The notes beneath the pieces are model-generated. The model was not told the DNA's origin and made no database searches. It was given only the letters and a program-made list of their open reading frames with translations. The position numbers and the translations under genes were made by a program. From assembly GCA_002783865.1 (NCBI GenBank), contig PFJE01000178.1, forward strand, positions 1 through 60,235: a stretch of DNA of 60,235 bases, written 5' to 3'. The stretch is from Sphingomonadales bacterium CG_4_10_14_3_um_filter_58_15. GTDB taxonomy: Bacteria > Pseudomonadota > Alphaproteobacteria > Sphingomonadales > Sphingomonadaceae. Shown here in pieces: positions 20,843 to 32,291 of this stretch (the stretch's first letter is position 1; the number at the start of each line of letters is the position of its first letter).

Positions 20843-22093
20843 ATGTCGATATTGGGCAGGTTTCTGCAAAACGTCATCGAAAAAGGGTCGATACGGGTCA
20901 CTCATGCCGATGGCTCGACCGAAAGCTTTGGTGCATCGACAGAAGGCTATCCAGACGTTGGCATCCGGCTCGCCGATAAAGCTGTGATACGGCAGATTTT
21001 GCTCGACCCGCGTCTCGGTGCAGCTGAGACATTCATGGATGGCCGCCTGATTGTCGAGCAGGGTGATATCATGGAACTGGTGCAGCTGTTGCGCGCCAAC
21101 CGGCCCTTTGAACGCGGTGGCAAGTTGAAAGAACCCGGCCCCTTGAAGAAAATTCGTGATCATGCGGCGGGCAGCCTTGACCGGATCAACCTGCTTGGCC
21201 GATCCAAGAGCAATGTCGCGCATCATTATGATATCGGCAACGATCTCTACGAGCTGTTTCTCGACGACGATCTGCAATATAGCTGCGCCTACTGGGATTT
21301 TGCCAAGCACGGGCCGGACATGACGCTGGAGCAGGCGCAGGCCGACAAAAAGGCGCATATTGCCGCGAAGCTTGACCTGAGGCCGGGCCAGCGGGTGCTC
21401 GATATCGGCTGCGGCTGGGGCGGCATGGCGCTCTATCTGCACCGCAAAACGGGCGTCGAGGTGCTCGGGATTACGCTGAGCGAGGAGCAGCTGAAAAAGG
21501 CCCGGGAACGGGCCGAAAAGGAAGGGGTCGCGGACAAGGTCAAGTTTGAACTGATCGACTATCGCGACCTTGCCCAGCGCGATGCCGGGGCTTTTGACCG
21601 GATTGTCTCGGTTGGCATGTTCGAACATGTCGGTACGCCGCAATTCCGGACTTTCTTCCGCTGCTGTGCCAATCTGATGACGGATGAAGGGGTGATGCTA
21701 TTGCATACGATCGGACGGATGGGCGGACCCGGCACAACCGACGCCTTTACCCGCAAATATATTTTTCCCGGTGGCTATATACCGGCGCTGAGCGAAACCC
21801 TAGCGGCGAGCGAGCAATTTCGTCTAATCGCTACCGATATCGAAACGCTACGGCTGCACTATGCCTTCACATTGCGCGAATGGTATAAACGGACGGTAAA
21901 AAATCGCGAAAAAATTATCGCGCTCTACGATGAACGATTCTACCGGATGTGGACCTTCTATCTGGCCGGGGCGACGGCGGCGTTTGAAAATGGGGGGATG
22001 TGCAATTATCAGATCCAGTTCAGCCGCAACCGGCGAACATTGCCACTGACTCGGGGCTATATTGGCGAGACAGAGAAAAATCTAACAGCCTGA
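20843..22093 (+). CDS. cfa: Cyclopropane-fatty-acyl-phospholipid synthase family methyltransferase
   Basis: HHYDIGN, YSCAYW, LDIGCGWGG, VSVGMFEHVG and YIFPGG motifs. Confidence 0.9.
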   Translation: MSILGRFLQNVIEKGSIRVTHADGSTESFGASTEGYPDVGIRLADKAVIRQILLDPRLGAAETFMDGRLIVEQGDIMELVQLLRANRPFERGGKLKEPGPLKKIRDHAAGSLDRINLLGRSKSNVAHHYDIGNDLYELFLDDDLQYSCAYWDFAKHGPDMTLEQAQADKKAHIAAKLDLRPGQRVLDIGCGWGGMALYLHRKTGVEVLGITLSEEQLKKARERAEKEGVADKVKFELIDYRDLAQRDAGAFDRIVSVGMFEHVGTPQFRTFFRCCANLMTDEGVMLLHTIGRMGGPGTTDAFTRKYIFPGGYIPALSETLAASEQFRLIATDIETLRLHYAFTLREWYKRTVKNREKIIALYDERFYRMWTFYLAGATAAFENGGMCNYQIQFSRNRRTLPLTRGYIGETEKNLTA

Positions 22094-22102
22094 TCGTTTT
22101 TG

Positions 22103-22546
22103 CTACGTCGGATAGCGCTCGTTCATCAGCTCCCAATTGTTGCGGATGAGCTGCTCCAATATGGCCATGTCCACCTGTTCGAGGCTATTGATATAAAGGC
22201 AGGACTTTCCCAGTTTATGTTTGCCGAGCAAGCCGAACAGCCGGTCCTGCTCGGCTTGCGCATCGGGTGTGCAATAAGCGCCCATTAGATAGAGGTTTAA
22301 CTTCGCCTTGCGCGGGGAAAAACCGGCCCGGCACATGGTGCCCTCCCGGCCGCTGTCATATTTATAGTTGTAGCTGCCAAAACCGATGATGCTTGGTCCC
22401 CACATTTTTGGCTCTTCGCCGGTTGTGCGTCGGAACAAGCTGATCATCTGCCGGGCTTCCTCCTGTCGGCGCTCTGGCTGGGCGGTTGTGATAAAGGCTT
22501 CGACGTCCGCATTGGTTGGTTTGGTTTTCAATTCCGCTTTTGTCAC
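22103..22546 (-). CDS. DUF1801 domain protein
   Basis: [38 protein letters not shown] start follows GGAGAGGA. Confidence 0.85.
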   Translation of the reverse strand: MTKAELKTKPTNADVEAFITTAQPERRQEEARQMISLFRRTTGEEPKMWGPSIIGFGSYNYKYDSGREGTMCRAGFSPRKAKLNLYLMGAYCTPDAQAEQDRLFGLLGKHKLGKSCLYINSLEQVDMAILEQLIRNNWELMNERYPT

Positions 22547-22635
22547 AATCCTCTCCCTATTATTCCAGCATATCATATTGCGCGGCAAATTGGAGCCTGT
22601 TAGGCGCGGCGCTTAAATCATGGAAAGACGATATA

Positions 22636-23856
22636 ATGAGCGATTCCGTTAAGCGTGTGGTTTTGGCCTTTTCCGGCGGCCTTGATACCAGCGTCATCCT
22701 GAAATGGCTGCAGCAGGAATATCAATGCGAGGTCGTGACCTTTACCGCCGATCTGGGGCAGGGCGAGGAACTGGGGCCTGCGCGCCGTGTGGCGGAAACA
22801 CTGGGCGTGAAGCCGGAACATATTTTCATTGACGATCTGCGCGAAGAATTTGTGAAAGATTTCATCTTTCCGATGATGCGCGCCAATGCGCTGTATGAAG
22901 GTCTGTATCTGCTCGGCACCTCAATCGCTCGCCCACTGATTGCCAAGCGCCAGATTGAAATCGCCAAGCTCACCGGAGCGGACGCCGTGGCGCATGGCGC
23001 AACCGGCAAGGGCAATGACCAGATTCGCTTCGAGCTCGGCTATTATGGCCTGAATCCGGACGTCAAAGTGATTGCCCCCTGGCGCGAATGGGATCTGACC
23101 AGCCGTACCCGGCTGATCGAATTCGCCGAGAAACACCAAATCCCGATCCCCAAGGACAAGCGCGGTGAAGCGCCGTTTTCGACCGACGCCAATATGTTGC
23201 ACACCTCATCGGAAGGCAAAGTGCTTGAGGATCCGTGGGAAGAAGTGCCGGACTATGTCTATTCCCGGACCAACAATCCCGAGGATGCGCCGGCTACCCC
23301 TGAATATATCACGATCGATTTTGAACGGGGTGACGGCATCGCGATCAATGGCGAGGCGCTGAGCCCGGCGACCCTGCTCGAAACGCTCAATGTATATGGC
23401 CGCGAACACGGCATCGGCCGGCTCGATCTGGTCGAAAACCGCTATATCGGCATGAAATCGCGCGGCATGTACGAGACGCCCGGTGGAACGATCTACCATG
23501 CGGCCCATCGCGGGATCGAGCAACTGACGCTGGATCGCGGTGCGGCGCATCTGAAGGATGAGCTGGCCCCGCGCTATGCCGAACTGGTGTACAACGGTTT
23601 CTGGTTCTCGCCAGAGCGCGAGATGCTGCAGGCAGCGATCGATCACAGTCAGGCGCGGGTCAACGGCACGGTCCGGCTCAAACTCTACAAGGGTTCGGTG
23701 AATGTTGTCGGACGCAAGTCGCAGGATAGCCTATACAGCGAAAAAGTTGTCACATTTGAAGATGATGCCGGTGCCTATGACCAGAAGGACGCTGAGGGCT
23801 TCATCAAGCTCAACGCGCTCCGCCTGAAATTGCTCGGCAAGCGCAACGGCCAATAG
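22636..23856 (+). CDS. argG: Argininosuccinate synthase
   Basis: [23 protein letters not shown] and KSRG.YETPGG motifs. Confidence 0.98.
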   Translation: MSDSVKRVVLAFSGGLDTSVILKWLQQEYQCEVVTFTADLGQGEELGPARRVAETLGVKPEHIFIDDLREEFVKDFIFPMMRANALYEGLYLLGTSIARPLIAKRQIEIAKLTGADAVAHGATGKGNDQIRFELGYYGLNPDVKVIAPWREWDLTSRTRLIEFAEKHQIPIPKDKRGEAPFSTDANMLHTSSEGKVLEDPWEEVPDYVYSRTNNPEDAPATPEYITIDFERGDGIAINGEALSPATLLETLNVYGREHGIGRLDLVENRYIGMKSRGMYETPGGTIYHAAHRGIEQLTLDRGAAHLKDELAPRYAELVYNGFWFSPEREMLQAAIDHSQARVNGTVRLKLYKGSVNVVGRKSQDSLYSEKVVTFEDDAGAYDQKDAEGFIKLNALRLKLLGKRNGQ

Positions 23857-23872
23857 AGGCGGCGTATAGGCC

Positions 23873-24847
23873 ATGCTGATCCCGCTCCTCCTGCTCCTGG
23901 CCGGCTTTGTCATACTGATTGTCGGCGGCGAGCTGTTGGTGCGGGGCGCGGTTCGGGTCGCGGAGCGGGCCGGGATGTCCGAGCTGTTGATCGGTTTGAC
24001 GATCGTCGGCTTTGGTACGTCCGCACCGGAACTGGTGGCCAGCGTTGAAGCGGCGCGCGCCGGATCTCCCGGTATTGCCTGGGGGAATATTGTCGGGTCT
24101 AATCTCGCCAACAGCCTGCTCATTCTCGGTGCCGCGTCGCTGATCTTGCCGGTAGTGGTGCCAAGGGGACCATTGTGGCGTGATGGCGGGCTCGCGCTGG
24201 TGGCCACGGTGGTCTTGTGGCTGGTTGCCAGTACGACCGGGATTACCGTCGCGATCGGCGTGGCCTTTCTGGTGATTTTGGTGGCCTATCTGGGCTATGC
24301 CTATCGGGCGGAACAGACGCAGCCGGCGGGCGCAAGCGCCCTGCATGAAAAAGCTGAGGCGCTGGAAATTTCCGACACCCATTTGCATGATGTGCAACCG
24401 CTATGGCGTTCCATTTTGGTCCTGCTCTTCGGTATCGTCCTGATCGTCCTCGGTGGCCGGTGGCTGGTTGAAGGCGCAGTCGACCTGGCCCGCTTGATAG
24501 GGATGAGCGAAGCGGTTATCGGCTTGACGGTCATTGCCATCGGCACCTCGCTGCCGGAACTGGTGACCTCGGTGATCGCTGCCTATAAAGGCGCGAGTGC
24601 GGTCGCCCTGGGCAATGTGCTCGGGTCCAATATCTTCAACCTGCTGCTGATTGGCGGCGTCACGGCGATCATCGCACCCGGCACTATTCCTGGTGAAATC
24701 ACAGGGTTCGGACTGCCGGTGCTGATCGCAGCCTCCATTCTGCTGCTGATATTTGCTGCAACCGGACGAAAGATCACGCGCTGGGAAGGGGGCATATTGC
24801 TCGTCACCTATCTGGTTCTGCTGGTCTATAATGTGGTGGCGGTCTGA
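23873..24847 (+). CDS. Calcium/sodium antiporter (YrbG family)
   Basis: Two alpha repeats: GTSAPE...GNIVGSN and GTSLPE...GNVLGSN. Confidence 0.93.
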   Translation: MLIPLLLLLAGFVILIVGGELLVRGAVRVAERAGMSELLIGLTIVGFGTSAPELVASVEAARAGSPGIAWGNIVGSNLANSLLILGAASLILPVVVPRGPLWRDGGLALVATVVLWLVASTTGITVAIGVAFLVILVAYLGYAYRAEQTQPAGASALHEKAEALEISDTHLHDVQPLWRSILVLLFGIVLIVLGGRWLVEGAVDLARLIGMSEAVIGLTVIAIGTSLPELVTSVIAAYKGASAVALGNVLGSNIFNLLLIGGVTAIIAPGTIPGEITGFGLPVLIAASILLLIFAATGRKITRWEGGILLVTYLVLLVYNVVAV

Positions 24848-24855
24848 ATCAGGCG

Positions 24856-24884
24856 TTGCAATTCCAAGAATCTGCCCCTAAATA
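24856..24884 (+). promoter_or_regulatory. Putative sigma70 promoter of the rimP-nusA-infB operon
   Basis: TTGCAA-N17-TAAATA about 90 bp upstream of rimP. Motif match only. Confidence 0.4.
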
Positions 24885-24971
24885 ACATTCATCCCAACAT
24901 TGTGAGATTTGAAGGGGCTGGCGCCAGACGGGGCCGGCAGCCAAGGTCTTGCATTTGGAAATGGAGTTTAT

Positions 24972-25529
24972 TTGACCAATATTGCGACCCTGACAGAGCT
25001 GATCAAGCCCGAAGCCGATGCTTTGGGTTTCGAGCTGGTGCGGGTACAGTTTGTGTCTGGCGCCGAGGAGCCGACCTTGCAGATCATGGCCGAGCGTCCG
25101 GAAACCGGGCAGCTGGGCATCGATGATTGCGCGGCTTTGTCGCGGCGGATTTCGGCGAAATTCGATGCGCTGGAAGAAGAAGGCCGCGACCCGATCGACT
25201 ATGCCTATCGGCTGGAAGTCAGCTCTCCGGGTATCGACCGGCCGCTGACCCGCGCGATTGATTATGCAAATTGGGTCGGACATGAAGCGCGGATCAGCCT
25301 GACCGAGGCGGTGGCTGGCAAGAAACAGCTGCGCGGCCTGCTCGAAGGCATAGAAGGCGATATAATAAAGATTGACGATCGCGAGACGGGAAGTCAGGAG
25401 ACGCCCCTTGCGAATGTCCATAAGGCAAAATTGATTCTGACCGACGCGCTGATCGCTGCAACCGTTCCGGTTTCAACGTCGGGAGCGGCCGAAATTGAAG
25501 AACAGACTTTAGAAGAACAGGAAGACTAA
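24972..25529 (+). CDS. rimP: Ribosome maturation factor RimP
   Basis: LQIMAER, IDDCA.LSR and YRLEVSSPGIDRPL. TTG start after GGAG; directly upstream of nusA. Confidence 0.95.
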   Translation: MTNIATLTELIKPEADALGFELVRVQFVSGAEEPTLQIMAERPETGQLGIDDCAALSRRISAKFDALEEEGRDPIDYAYRLEVSSPGIDRPLTRAIDYANWVGHEARISLTEAVAGKKQLRGLLEGIEGDIIKIDDRETGSQETPLANVHKAKLILTDALIAATVPVSTSGAAEIEEQTLEEQED

Positions 25530-25531
25530 TC

Positions 25532-27160
25532 ATGGGCAGTGCTATTTCAGCCAATAAAGCCGAGTTGCTTGCTATCGCGACCGCTGTTGCGACGGAAAAA
25601 ATGATCGACAAGGCGATCGTGATCGAGGCGCTGGAGGAAGCGATCCAGAAAGCGGCTCGTGCGCGTTATGGCGCAGAAAATGACATTCGCGCGAAATTCG
25701 ACGTCAAAACCGGCGACTTGCGCCTATGGCGGGTTGTTGAAGTGGTTGACGAAGTCGAAGATTATTTCAAGCAGGTCGACATCAAGCAGGCCGAAAAGCT
25801 GGAGCCGGGTGCCAAGGTCGGTGACTTTATCGTCGATCCGCTGCCCGAAGTCGATCTCGGACGTATCGATGCGCAGTCTGCCAAGCAGGTGATTTTCCAG
25901 AAGGTTCGCGATGCGGAACGCGAGCGGCAATATGAAGAATTCAAGGAACGCGGCGGAGAGATTATCACCGGTGTGGTGAAATCGGTCGAATTCGGCCATG
26001 TCGTTGTTGATCTGGGCCGCGCCGAGGGCGTGATCCGGCGTGACCAGCAAATTCCGCGCGAAGCCGCCCGGGTTGGTGATCGTGTCCGTTCGCTGATCCT
26101 CGATGTACGCCGCGAAAACCGCGGGCCGCAGATTTTCCTGTCGCGTGCGCACCCAGATTTCATGCGGCTATTGTTCGCACAGGAAGTGCCGGAAATTTAT
26201 GACGGCATTATCGAAATCAAGGCCGCAGCCCGTGATCCCGGTTCGCGCGCCAAGATCGGCGTGATCAGCCATGACAGCTCGATCGATCCGGTCGGCGCTT
26301 GCGTCGGCATGAAGGGTAGCCGTGTCCAGGCTGTCGTGCAGGAAATGCAGGGCGAAAAAATCGATATCATTCCCTGGTCGGAAGATATTGCGACCTTCGT
26401 CGTCAACGCCTTGCAGCCAGCGACCGTCAGCCGCGTGGTCATCGATGAAGAAGAAGGCCGGATTGAAGTCGTTGTTCCCGACGATCAGCTCAGCCTCGCC
26501 ATTGGCCGTCGCGGCCAGAATGTCCGCTTGGCGTCACAGCTGACCGGTCTGGCGATTGACATTATGACCGAAGCGGATTCGAGCGAGAAGCGGCAAGCCG
26601 AATTTGCTGCGCGGACAGAGATGTTCCAGGAAGATCTGGACGTCGACGAAACCTTGTCCCAGCTGCTGGTCGCCGAAGGCTTTAGCGAGCTCGAAGAAGT
26701 CGCTTATGTTGCACCGGAAGAAATTTCCAGCATCGAAGGCTTTGACGAGGAACTGGCTGCCGAACTGCAGAACCGTGCGCTTGAAGCGCTGGAACGGCGC
26801 GAAGCCGCTGCCCGGGACAAGCGTACTGAACTGGGCGTCGAGGATGCCATTGCCGAATTGCCGCATCTGACCGAAGCCATGTTGGTGACACTGGGCGAAG
26901 CTGGCATCAAGACGCTTGACGATGTTGCTGATCTTGCAACCGACGAACTGGTTCTGAAACGCAAATCGGAACCGCGTCGCCGCAATGACAATCGCAAGCC
27001 CGAACCGGATGGTGTGTTGGCCAAATATAGTCTGACCGAAGAGCAGGGTAACGAAATCATCATGGCCGCGCGTGCGCACTGGTTTGAAGATGAAGACGAG
27101 CCAGCGGCTGCCGAGACCGAAGAAACTGGGGAGGACGCAGATGCGGAATCCACCCAATGA
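25532..27160 (+). CDS. nusA: Transcription termination factor NusA
   Basis: GRIDAQSAKQVI, ARDPGSRAK, DPVGACVG and AIGRRGQNVRLA motifs. Confidence 0.98.
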   Translation: MGSAISANKAELLAIATAVATEKMIDKAIVIEALEEAIQKAARARYGAENDIRAKFDVKTGDLRLWRVVEVVDEVEDYFKQVDIKQAEKLEPGAKVGDFIVDPLPEVDLGRIDAQSAKQVIFQKVRDAERERQYEEFKERGGEIITGVVKSVEFGHVVVDLGRAEGVIRRDQQIPREAARVGDRVRSLILDVRRENRGPQIFLSRAHPDFMRLLFAQEVPEIYDGIIEIKAAARDPGSRAKIGVISHDSSIDPVGACVGMKGSRVQAVVQEMQGEKIDIIPWSEDIATFVVNALQPATVSRVVIDEEEGRIEVVVPDDQLSLAIGRRGQNVRLASQLTGLAIDIMTEADSSEKRQAEFAARTEMFQEDLDVDETLSQLLVAEGFSELEEVAYVAPEEISSIEGFDEELAAELQNRALEALERREAAARDKRTELGVEDAIAELPHLTEAMLVTLGEAGIKTLDDVADLATDELVLKRKSEPRRRNDNRKPEPDGVLAKYSLTEEQGNEIIMAARAHWFEDEDEPAAAETEETGEDADAESTQ

Positions 27161-27824
27161 GACGCGGTCTAAACCTCTAGATCAAGCGCCTTATCGTAAA
27201 TGCATTTTGACTGGGGAAAGTCTTCCTCAGGACCAATTGATGCGTCTTGCGATGGGCCCTGATGGGCAGATTGCGCCGGATGTGCGCGCCAAAGCGCCGG
27301 GTCGCGGGGCGTGGATCGGGGTTGACCGTACCGCGCTGGAGACGGCGCTGGCAAAGGGTCAGCTGAAAGGCGCGCTGTCGCGGGCGTTTAAAACCGGCGA
27401 GATGGATATTCCGGATAATCTTCCGGAAATGCTTGAATTGGCGCTGGAACGCTCCACCTTGGACCGGTTGGGTCTCGAGGCGCGCGGCGGAACATTGCTC
27501 ACCGGCTCGGAAAAGATCGAAACGGCCGCGCGGCAAGGTGATCTCAATCTGCTGCTCCACGCCTCCGATGCCGGGCGCGACGGCTGCGCCAAACTGGATC
27601 AGGCCTGGCGGGTTGGAAGTGACCGCGAAGGCCAAAATATTCGTGGGTTGATATTGCCGGTGGACCGGCAGGGCCTTTCTGTGGCATTGGGCCGCCAGAA
27701 TGTCGTGCACATCGGTATCACCGACAAGCGCGCAGCGGGGCGGGTTTCGCACAGCCTGAAGAGATGGCTTCACTTTATCGGTTCTGATAAAGTCGATGAT
27801 GATGCCGAAAAGAAAGTTGCGTGA
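27141..27824 (+). CDS. DUF448/YlxR RNA-binding protein fused to an L7Ae-like domain
   Basis: RKCILTG, PGRGAWI and LS.ALGR.NVVH motifs; conserved position between nusA and infB. Confidence 0.88.
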   Translation: MRNPPNETRSKPLDQAPYRKCILTGESLPQDQLMRLAMGPDGQIAPDVRAKAPGRGAWIGVDRTALETALAKGQLKGALSRAFKTGEMDIPDNLPEMLELALERSTLDRLGLEARGGTLLTGSEKIETAARQGDLNLLLHASDAGRDGCAKLDQAWRVGSDREGQNIRGLILPVDRQGLSVALGRQNVVHIGITDKRAAGRVSHSLKRWLHFIGSDKVDDDAEKKVA

Positions 27825-27888
27825 TCCGGTTTTGAAATGCCGGGTAAGATGTTGCAGTAATATATATTTTAAGGATTAAGTCTGTTCG

Positions 27889-30438
27889 ATGAGTGAAGAT
27901 ACAAAAGATACGCCAAAACCAGCACGCAAACCTCTTGGGTTGAAGCGTTCGGTCGAACCCGGCGAAGTCAAACAGACGTTCAGCCACGGACGCACCAACA
28001 AGGTCGTGGTCGAAGTCAAACGCAAGAAACTGGTGGGCAAGCCCGGTGCACAGGAAGCGGCGAAGGAAATCGTCAAGGAAACACCTGTGCCTGCTCCGGC
28101 GCCAGCCGCCGCTCCAGCGCCAAAGGCGGCTCCCAAGAAACAGCCGGCCGCACCGAAAGCGGATGATGGTCTGACTCGTCAGGAGATGCAGGCGAAATTG
28201 CTGCGTGAGGCAGAAGAAGCCCGCCTTGACGCGATGCAGGAAGCGCGCAAGCGCGACACGCGCGAGAAGAAAGAGCAGACCGCCGAAGAGAAAAAGCGGG
28301 CTGAAGAAAACCGCAAGGCCGAAGAAGAGCAGGCGCGCAAGGCGCAGGAAGAAATTGCTGCTGCGGAAAATGCCGCTGCCGATGTATCTGCTGTTGTCGA
28401 ACCCGCTGCTGAAGACGCTCCCGCCGCCAAAACCGATGCACGGCCACCGGCTCGTAAGTTCACCCCCGTGGAAGCGCCGAAACGCGCGAAGCCGGAGAAG
28501 GAAAAGCAGAAGGTCGGACGCGAGGATCGCAACGATCGCCGTCAATCGGGCAAGCTGACTGTCAACCGTGCGTTACGTGGCGAAGACGGCGCTGCGCGAG
28601 CACGGTCGCTGGCTGCGCTGAAGCGCGCGCGCGAAAAAGAAAAGCGGGCCCAGCGGTCCGGGCGGCCAAGCGAACCGCGCGAAAAGCAGGTCCGTGACGT
28701 TATCGTGCCGGAAGCCATTACCGTACAGGAACTGGCGAAACGTATGGGCGAGAAGGGAGCGCAACTCGTCAAATCGCTGTTCAACATGGGTTCGATGGTT
28801 ACCGTCAACCAGACGATTGATCAGGATACCGCGGAATTGCTGGTCGAGGAATTCGGTCACAATATCCAGCGCGTGTCCGAGTCCGATGTCGAAATCAACA
28901 CCCAGGCTGACGTCGATCCGGAAGAAACGCTGAAGCCGCGTCCTCCGGTTGTCACCATCATGGGGCATGTCGATCACGGCAAGACTTCGCTGCTCGACGC
29001 GCTGCGCGGAACCGATGTGGTTGCCGGAGAAGCCGGTGGTATCACCCAGCATATCGGCGCCTATCAGGTGACGATGAAAAATGGCGACAAGGTTACGTTC
29101 CTGGATACGCCGGGTCATGAAGCCTTTACCGAAATGCGGATGCGCGGTGCCAATGTCACGGATATCGTGATCCTGGTCGTCGCCGCCGATGATGGATTGA
29201 TGCCGCAGACGATCGAAGCGATCAATCACACCAAGGCGGCCGGCGTGCCGATGATTGTCGCGATCAACAAGATCGACAAGGAAGGCGCGGATCCGACAAC
29301 GGTTCGTACCCGCCTGCTCGAGCATGAAGTGATTGTCGAAGAAATGTCCGGTGATGTTCTTGATGCGGAGGTTTCTGCGCTCAAGAAAATCGGACTCGAC
29401 GAGTTGATGGACAAGATCCACGTGCAGGCCGAATTGCTGGAACTGAAAGCGCGTCCCGACCGTCCTGCCGAAGGCGCGGTGGTCGAAGCCAAGCTGGATA
29501 TCGGACGTGGTCCGGTGGCGACGGTTCTGATCGAACGCGGTACCTTGAAACGCGGCGATGTCTTCGTTGTTGGTTCCCAGACGGGTAAAGTCCGGGCGAT
29601 GATCGATGACAAGGGGCAGCAGATCAAGGAAGCAGGGCCTTCGACTCCGGTCGAAGTGCTTGGTATCTCTGGCGTTCCGTCCGCGGGCGACAAGCTGACC
29701 GTGGTCGAGAATGAAGCGCGGGCCCGCGAAGTCGCGGCCTATCGTGCCGAACAGCAGAAGCTGAAGCGCACCACGCAGGCGCCGACCAGTCTCGAGAATA
29801 TGTTCTCTGCTGCGGCAAACAGTGCTGTAGAATTCCCGGTACTGGTAAAAGCCGATGTGCAGGGCTCCACCGAAGCCATTGTGCAGGCGCTGAACAAGAT
29901 TTCGAACGACGACATCAAGGTGCGTATCTTGCACAGTGGTGTCGGCGCGATCACGGAATCGGACGTGACATTGGCCGGAGCCAGCAAGGCGCCGATCATC
30001 GGCTTCAACGTGCGTCCCAATGCCAAGGCGCGGGAAATCGCCAAGCGCGACGGCGTCCGCTTCAAATATTTCGATATCATCTATGATCTGACCGACGATA
30101 TCCGCGCCGAAATGGCCGGGGAACTGGGTCCCGAGAAGATCGAGAATGTCGTCGGTCGGGCAGAAGTCAAGGACGTGTTCAAGTCGGGCAAGAAAGACAA
30201 GGCAGCCGGTTTGCTGGTTACCGAAGGTGTCTTGCGCAAAGGTCTGTTCGCGCGTCTCACCCGCGACGATGTCATTGTCAGCGCCACGACGATCGCGTCG
30301 CTGCGGCGGTTCAAGGACGATGTCGAGGAAGTCCGGGCCGGCATGGAATGTGGCGCGGTTCTGGAAGATACCAACGATATCAAGCCAGGCGATATGCTCG
30401 AAGTCTTCCAGGTCACGGAGAAAGAACGGATACTCTGA
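27889..30438 (+). CDS. infB: Translation initiation factor IF-2
   Basis: [20 protein letters not shown] and NKID motifs. Confidence 0.99.
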   Translation: MSEDTKDTPKPARKPLGLKRSVEPGEVKQTFSHGRTNKVVVEVKRKKLVGKPGAQEAAKEIVKETPVPAPAPAAAPAPKAAPKKQPAAPKADDGLTRQEMQAKLLREAEEARLDAMQEARKRDTREKKEQTAEEKKRAEENRKAEEEQARKAQEEIAAAENAAADVSAVVEPAAEDAPAAKTDARPPARKFTPVEAPKRAKPEKEKQKVGREDRNDRRQSGKLTVNRALRGEDGAARARSLAALKRAREKEKRAQRSGRPSEPREKQVRDVIVPEAITVQELAKRMGEKGAQLVKSLFNMGSMVTVNQTIDQDTAELLVEEFGHNIQRVSESDVEINTQADVDPEETLKPRPPVVTIMGHVDHGKTSLLDALRGTDVVAGEAGGITQHIGAYQVTMKNGDKVTFLDTPGHEAFTEMRMRGANVTDIVILVVAADDGLMPQTIEAINHTKAAGVPMIVAINKIDKEGADPTTVRTRLLEHEVIVEEMSGDVLDAEVSALKKIGLDELMDKIHVQAELLELKARPDRPAEGAVVEAKLDIGRGPVATVLIERGTLKRGDVFVVGSQTGKVRAMIDDKGQQIKEAGPSTPVEVLGISGVPSAGDKLTVVENEARAREVAAYRAEQQKLKRTTQAPTSLENMFSAAANSAVEFPVLVKADVQGSTEAIVQALNKISNDDIKVRILHSGVGAITESDVTLAGASKAPIIGFNVRPNAKAREIAKRDGVRFKYFDIIYDLTDDIRAEMAGELGPEKIENVVGRAEVKDVFKSGKKDKAAGLLVTEGVLRKGLFARLTRDDVIVSATTIASLRRFKDDVEEVRAGMECGAVLEDTNDIKPGDMLEVFQVTEKERIL

Positions 30439-30444
30439 TAGAAT

Positions 30445-30534
30445 CGTCATCCCGGATTTGATCCGGGATCCAGAACGGATGGTCGCATAGATCGTGTATG
30501 TCGCTCTGGATGCTGAACCCAGTTCAGTATGACG
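30445..30534. repeat. REP doublet, family A variant (CGTCAT...)
   Basis: CGTCATCCCGGATTTGATCCGGGATCCAGA ... TCTGGATGCTGAACCCAGTTCAGTATGACG. Confidence 0.8.
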
Positions 30535-30553
30535 AGTTTGAGGCTTTATTATT

Positions 30554-30955
30554 GTGGCAAAATATAACGACACATCTCCCGAAGGCCGCTCGGTCCGCTT
30601 GCTGCGCGTTGGCGAGCAGGTGCGGCATATCCTGTCGGAGCTGCTGATGCGCGGCGAGGTGCATGACGTCGTGCTGACCTCGCATAGCGTCAGCGTCACC
30701 GAAGTGCGGATGTCGCCTGATCTGCGTCATGCAACGGTATTTGTGAAGCCATTGCTCGGCGCGAATGAGGCGGACGTGCTGAAGGCGCTGCGGACCAACA
30801 CCGCCTTCTTCCAGAAGGAAGTCGCGAAGCGGGTGCAGATGAAATATGCGGCGAAACTGAAATTTCTGGCGGATGACAGCTTTGATACGGCGGAGCATAT
30901 CGAGAGCCTGTTGAACAATCCGAAGGTTGCGCAGGACTTGGGCGGGGATTCCTAG
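30554..30955 (+). CDS. rbfA: Ribosome-binding factor A
   Basis: [20 protein letters not shown] and L.F..D motifs. Confidence 0.96.
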   Translation: MAKYNDTSPEGRSVRLLRVGEQVRHILSELLMRGEVHDVVLTSHSVSVTEVRMSPDLRHATVFVKPLLGANEADVLKALRTNTAFFQKEVAKRVQMKYAAKLKFLADDSFDTAEHIESLLNNPKVAQDLGGDS

Positions 30956-30966
30956 ATTCCCCTTGT

Positions 30967-31024
30967 CGTCATCCTGAACTTGTTTCAGGATCTCAAGAGG
31001 TCCTGAAACAAGTTCAGGATGACG
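30967..31024. repeat. 58-bp palindromic REP doublet, family A
   Basis: CGTCATCCTGAACTTGTTTCAGGA-TCTCAAGAGG-TCCTGAAACAAGTTCAGGATGACG with perfect 24-bp arms. Confidence 0.9.
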
Positions 31025-31037
31025 AGTGACAGGACAG

Positions 31038-31616
31038 ATGGCCAAGCTCTATTTCTATTATGCGTCGATGAACGCCGGCAAGTCGAGCAATCTGCTGCAG
31101 GCGGCGTTCAACTATGGCGAGCGCGGGATGAAGGTGATGCTGTGGACCGCAGCGATCGACAACCGGGCAAGTTTTGGTGCCATTGCCTCGCGTATTGGTT
31201 TGCACGCCGATGCCCATCGCTTTGGCGAGGACACGGATTTACTGGCGGCGGTCAGCGAAGAGCATGACCAGGGCAAGCTTGCCTGCGTGATGATCGACGA
31301 AGCCCAGTTTCTGACCGAAAGCCAGGTCTGGCAATTGGCGCGAGTGGCAGACGAGGTGGGCATTCCGGTGCTTTGCTACGGCCTGCGGACCGACTTTCAG
31401 GGAAACCTGTTTCCCGGATCGGCGAAGCTGCTGGGGATTGCCGACAGTCTGGTCGAATTGAAGGCGGTATGCGAATGCGGGCGCAAGGCCACGATGAACC
31501 TGCGTATCGACGAAGCGGGCAGGGCCATTGCGGCCGGTGCCCAGACAGAAATAGGCGGCAATGAAAGCTATCTGGCGCTGTGCCGGAAGCATTTTCGGGA
31601 GCGGCTCGATGGTTAG
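31038..31616 (+). CDS. tdk: Thymidine kinase
   Basis: MNAGKS, IDEAQFL, YGLRTDF and C.CG.KA...Y..LCRKH motifs. Confidence 0.96.
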   Translation: MAKLYFYYASMNAGKSSNLLQAAFNYGERGMKVMLWTAAIDNRASFGAIASRIGLHADAHRFGEDTDLLAAVSEEHDQGKLACVMIDEAQFLTESQVWQLARVADEVGIPVLCYGLRTDFQGNLFPGSAKLLGIADSLVELKAVCECGRKATMNLRIDEAGRAIAAGAQTEIGGNESYLALCRKHFRERLDG

Positions 31617-31618
31617 GT

Positions 31619-31738
31619 GTCATTCCAGCGCAGGCTGGAATCCAAACCAACATTGTGACATGCGCAAATTGGGTTAGGCCAGTTACAGGTTGGACATGCG
31701 GGGCATGTCCAACCTGTAACTCCTTCGCTGGGGCGACG
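31619..31738. repeat. REP doublet, family B, carrying a nested 41-bp perfect palindrome
   Basis: GTCATTCCAGCGCAGGCTGGAATCCA ... TAGGCC[AGTTACAGGTTGGACATGC-GGG-GCATGTCCAACCTGTAACT]CCTTCGCTGGGGCGACG. Confidence 0.82.
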
Positions 31739-31748
31739 AAAGAAGTTG

Positions 31749-32291
31749 ATGATACAGGAACTCTCGAAAATTTTGGAAGATGGTCCCGTGCGGCTCGAAC
31801 CACTGGCCGAGCACCATCTCGAACCGTTGCGCGCCGCCTGTGCAAAGGATCAGGAGATCTGGGAAATCTACCCCGTGTCGATGCTGGACGAGAATTTTGA
31901 CCAGGCGATCGAGGCGTTTCACGATACCACGAACTGGGTGCGCTTTGCGGTGATCAACAGCGAAACCGACACGGTTGTGGGCATGACCAACTATATCAAT
32001 CCTGATCTCAATACCAAAGTGACGGAAATCGGCGGCACCTATATCGCACCATCGGTGAGGGGTAGCGGCTTCAATGATGCCATGAAAAAGCTGATGATTG
32101 ATCATGCCTTTGCCCACGGATTTACCCGCATCGAATTTCGGGTCGATACCCGCAACAAGCGGTCGATGGCGGCGGTTCTGAAACTGGGTGCGCAACATGA
32201 GGGAACGCTGCGCAAGAACCGGATTACCTGGACGGGTTATGTTCGGGACACGGCGGTGTTCGGACTGCTCAAGGAAGAATGGAAATCTTGA
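31749..32291 (+). CDS. GNAT N-acetyltransferase (RimJ/RimL-like)
   Basis: EIGGT...RGSG.N, RIEFRVD.RN.RS..A..KLGA..EG.LR and RDT motifs. Confidence 0.9.
   Translation: MIQELSKILEDGPVRLEPLAEHHLEPLRAACAKDQEIWEIYPVSMLDENFDQAIEAFHDTTNWVRFAVINSETDTVVGMTNYINPDLNTKVTEIGGTYIAPSVRGSGFNDAMKKLMIDHAFAHGFTRIEFRVDTRNKRSMAAVLKLGAQHEGTLRKNRITWTGYVRDTAVFGLLKEEWKS

Noticed and set aside
28573-30699. 708-aa antisense ORF opposite infB, and similar long shadow ORFs opposite sdhA, recN and the amidohydrolase
   Set aside because: Typical stop-poor reverse frames of GC-rich genes with strong codon bias; no motifs.
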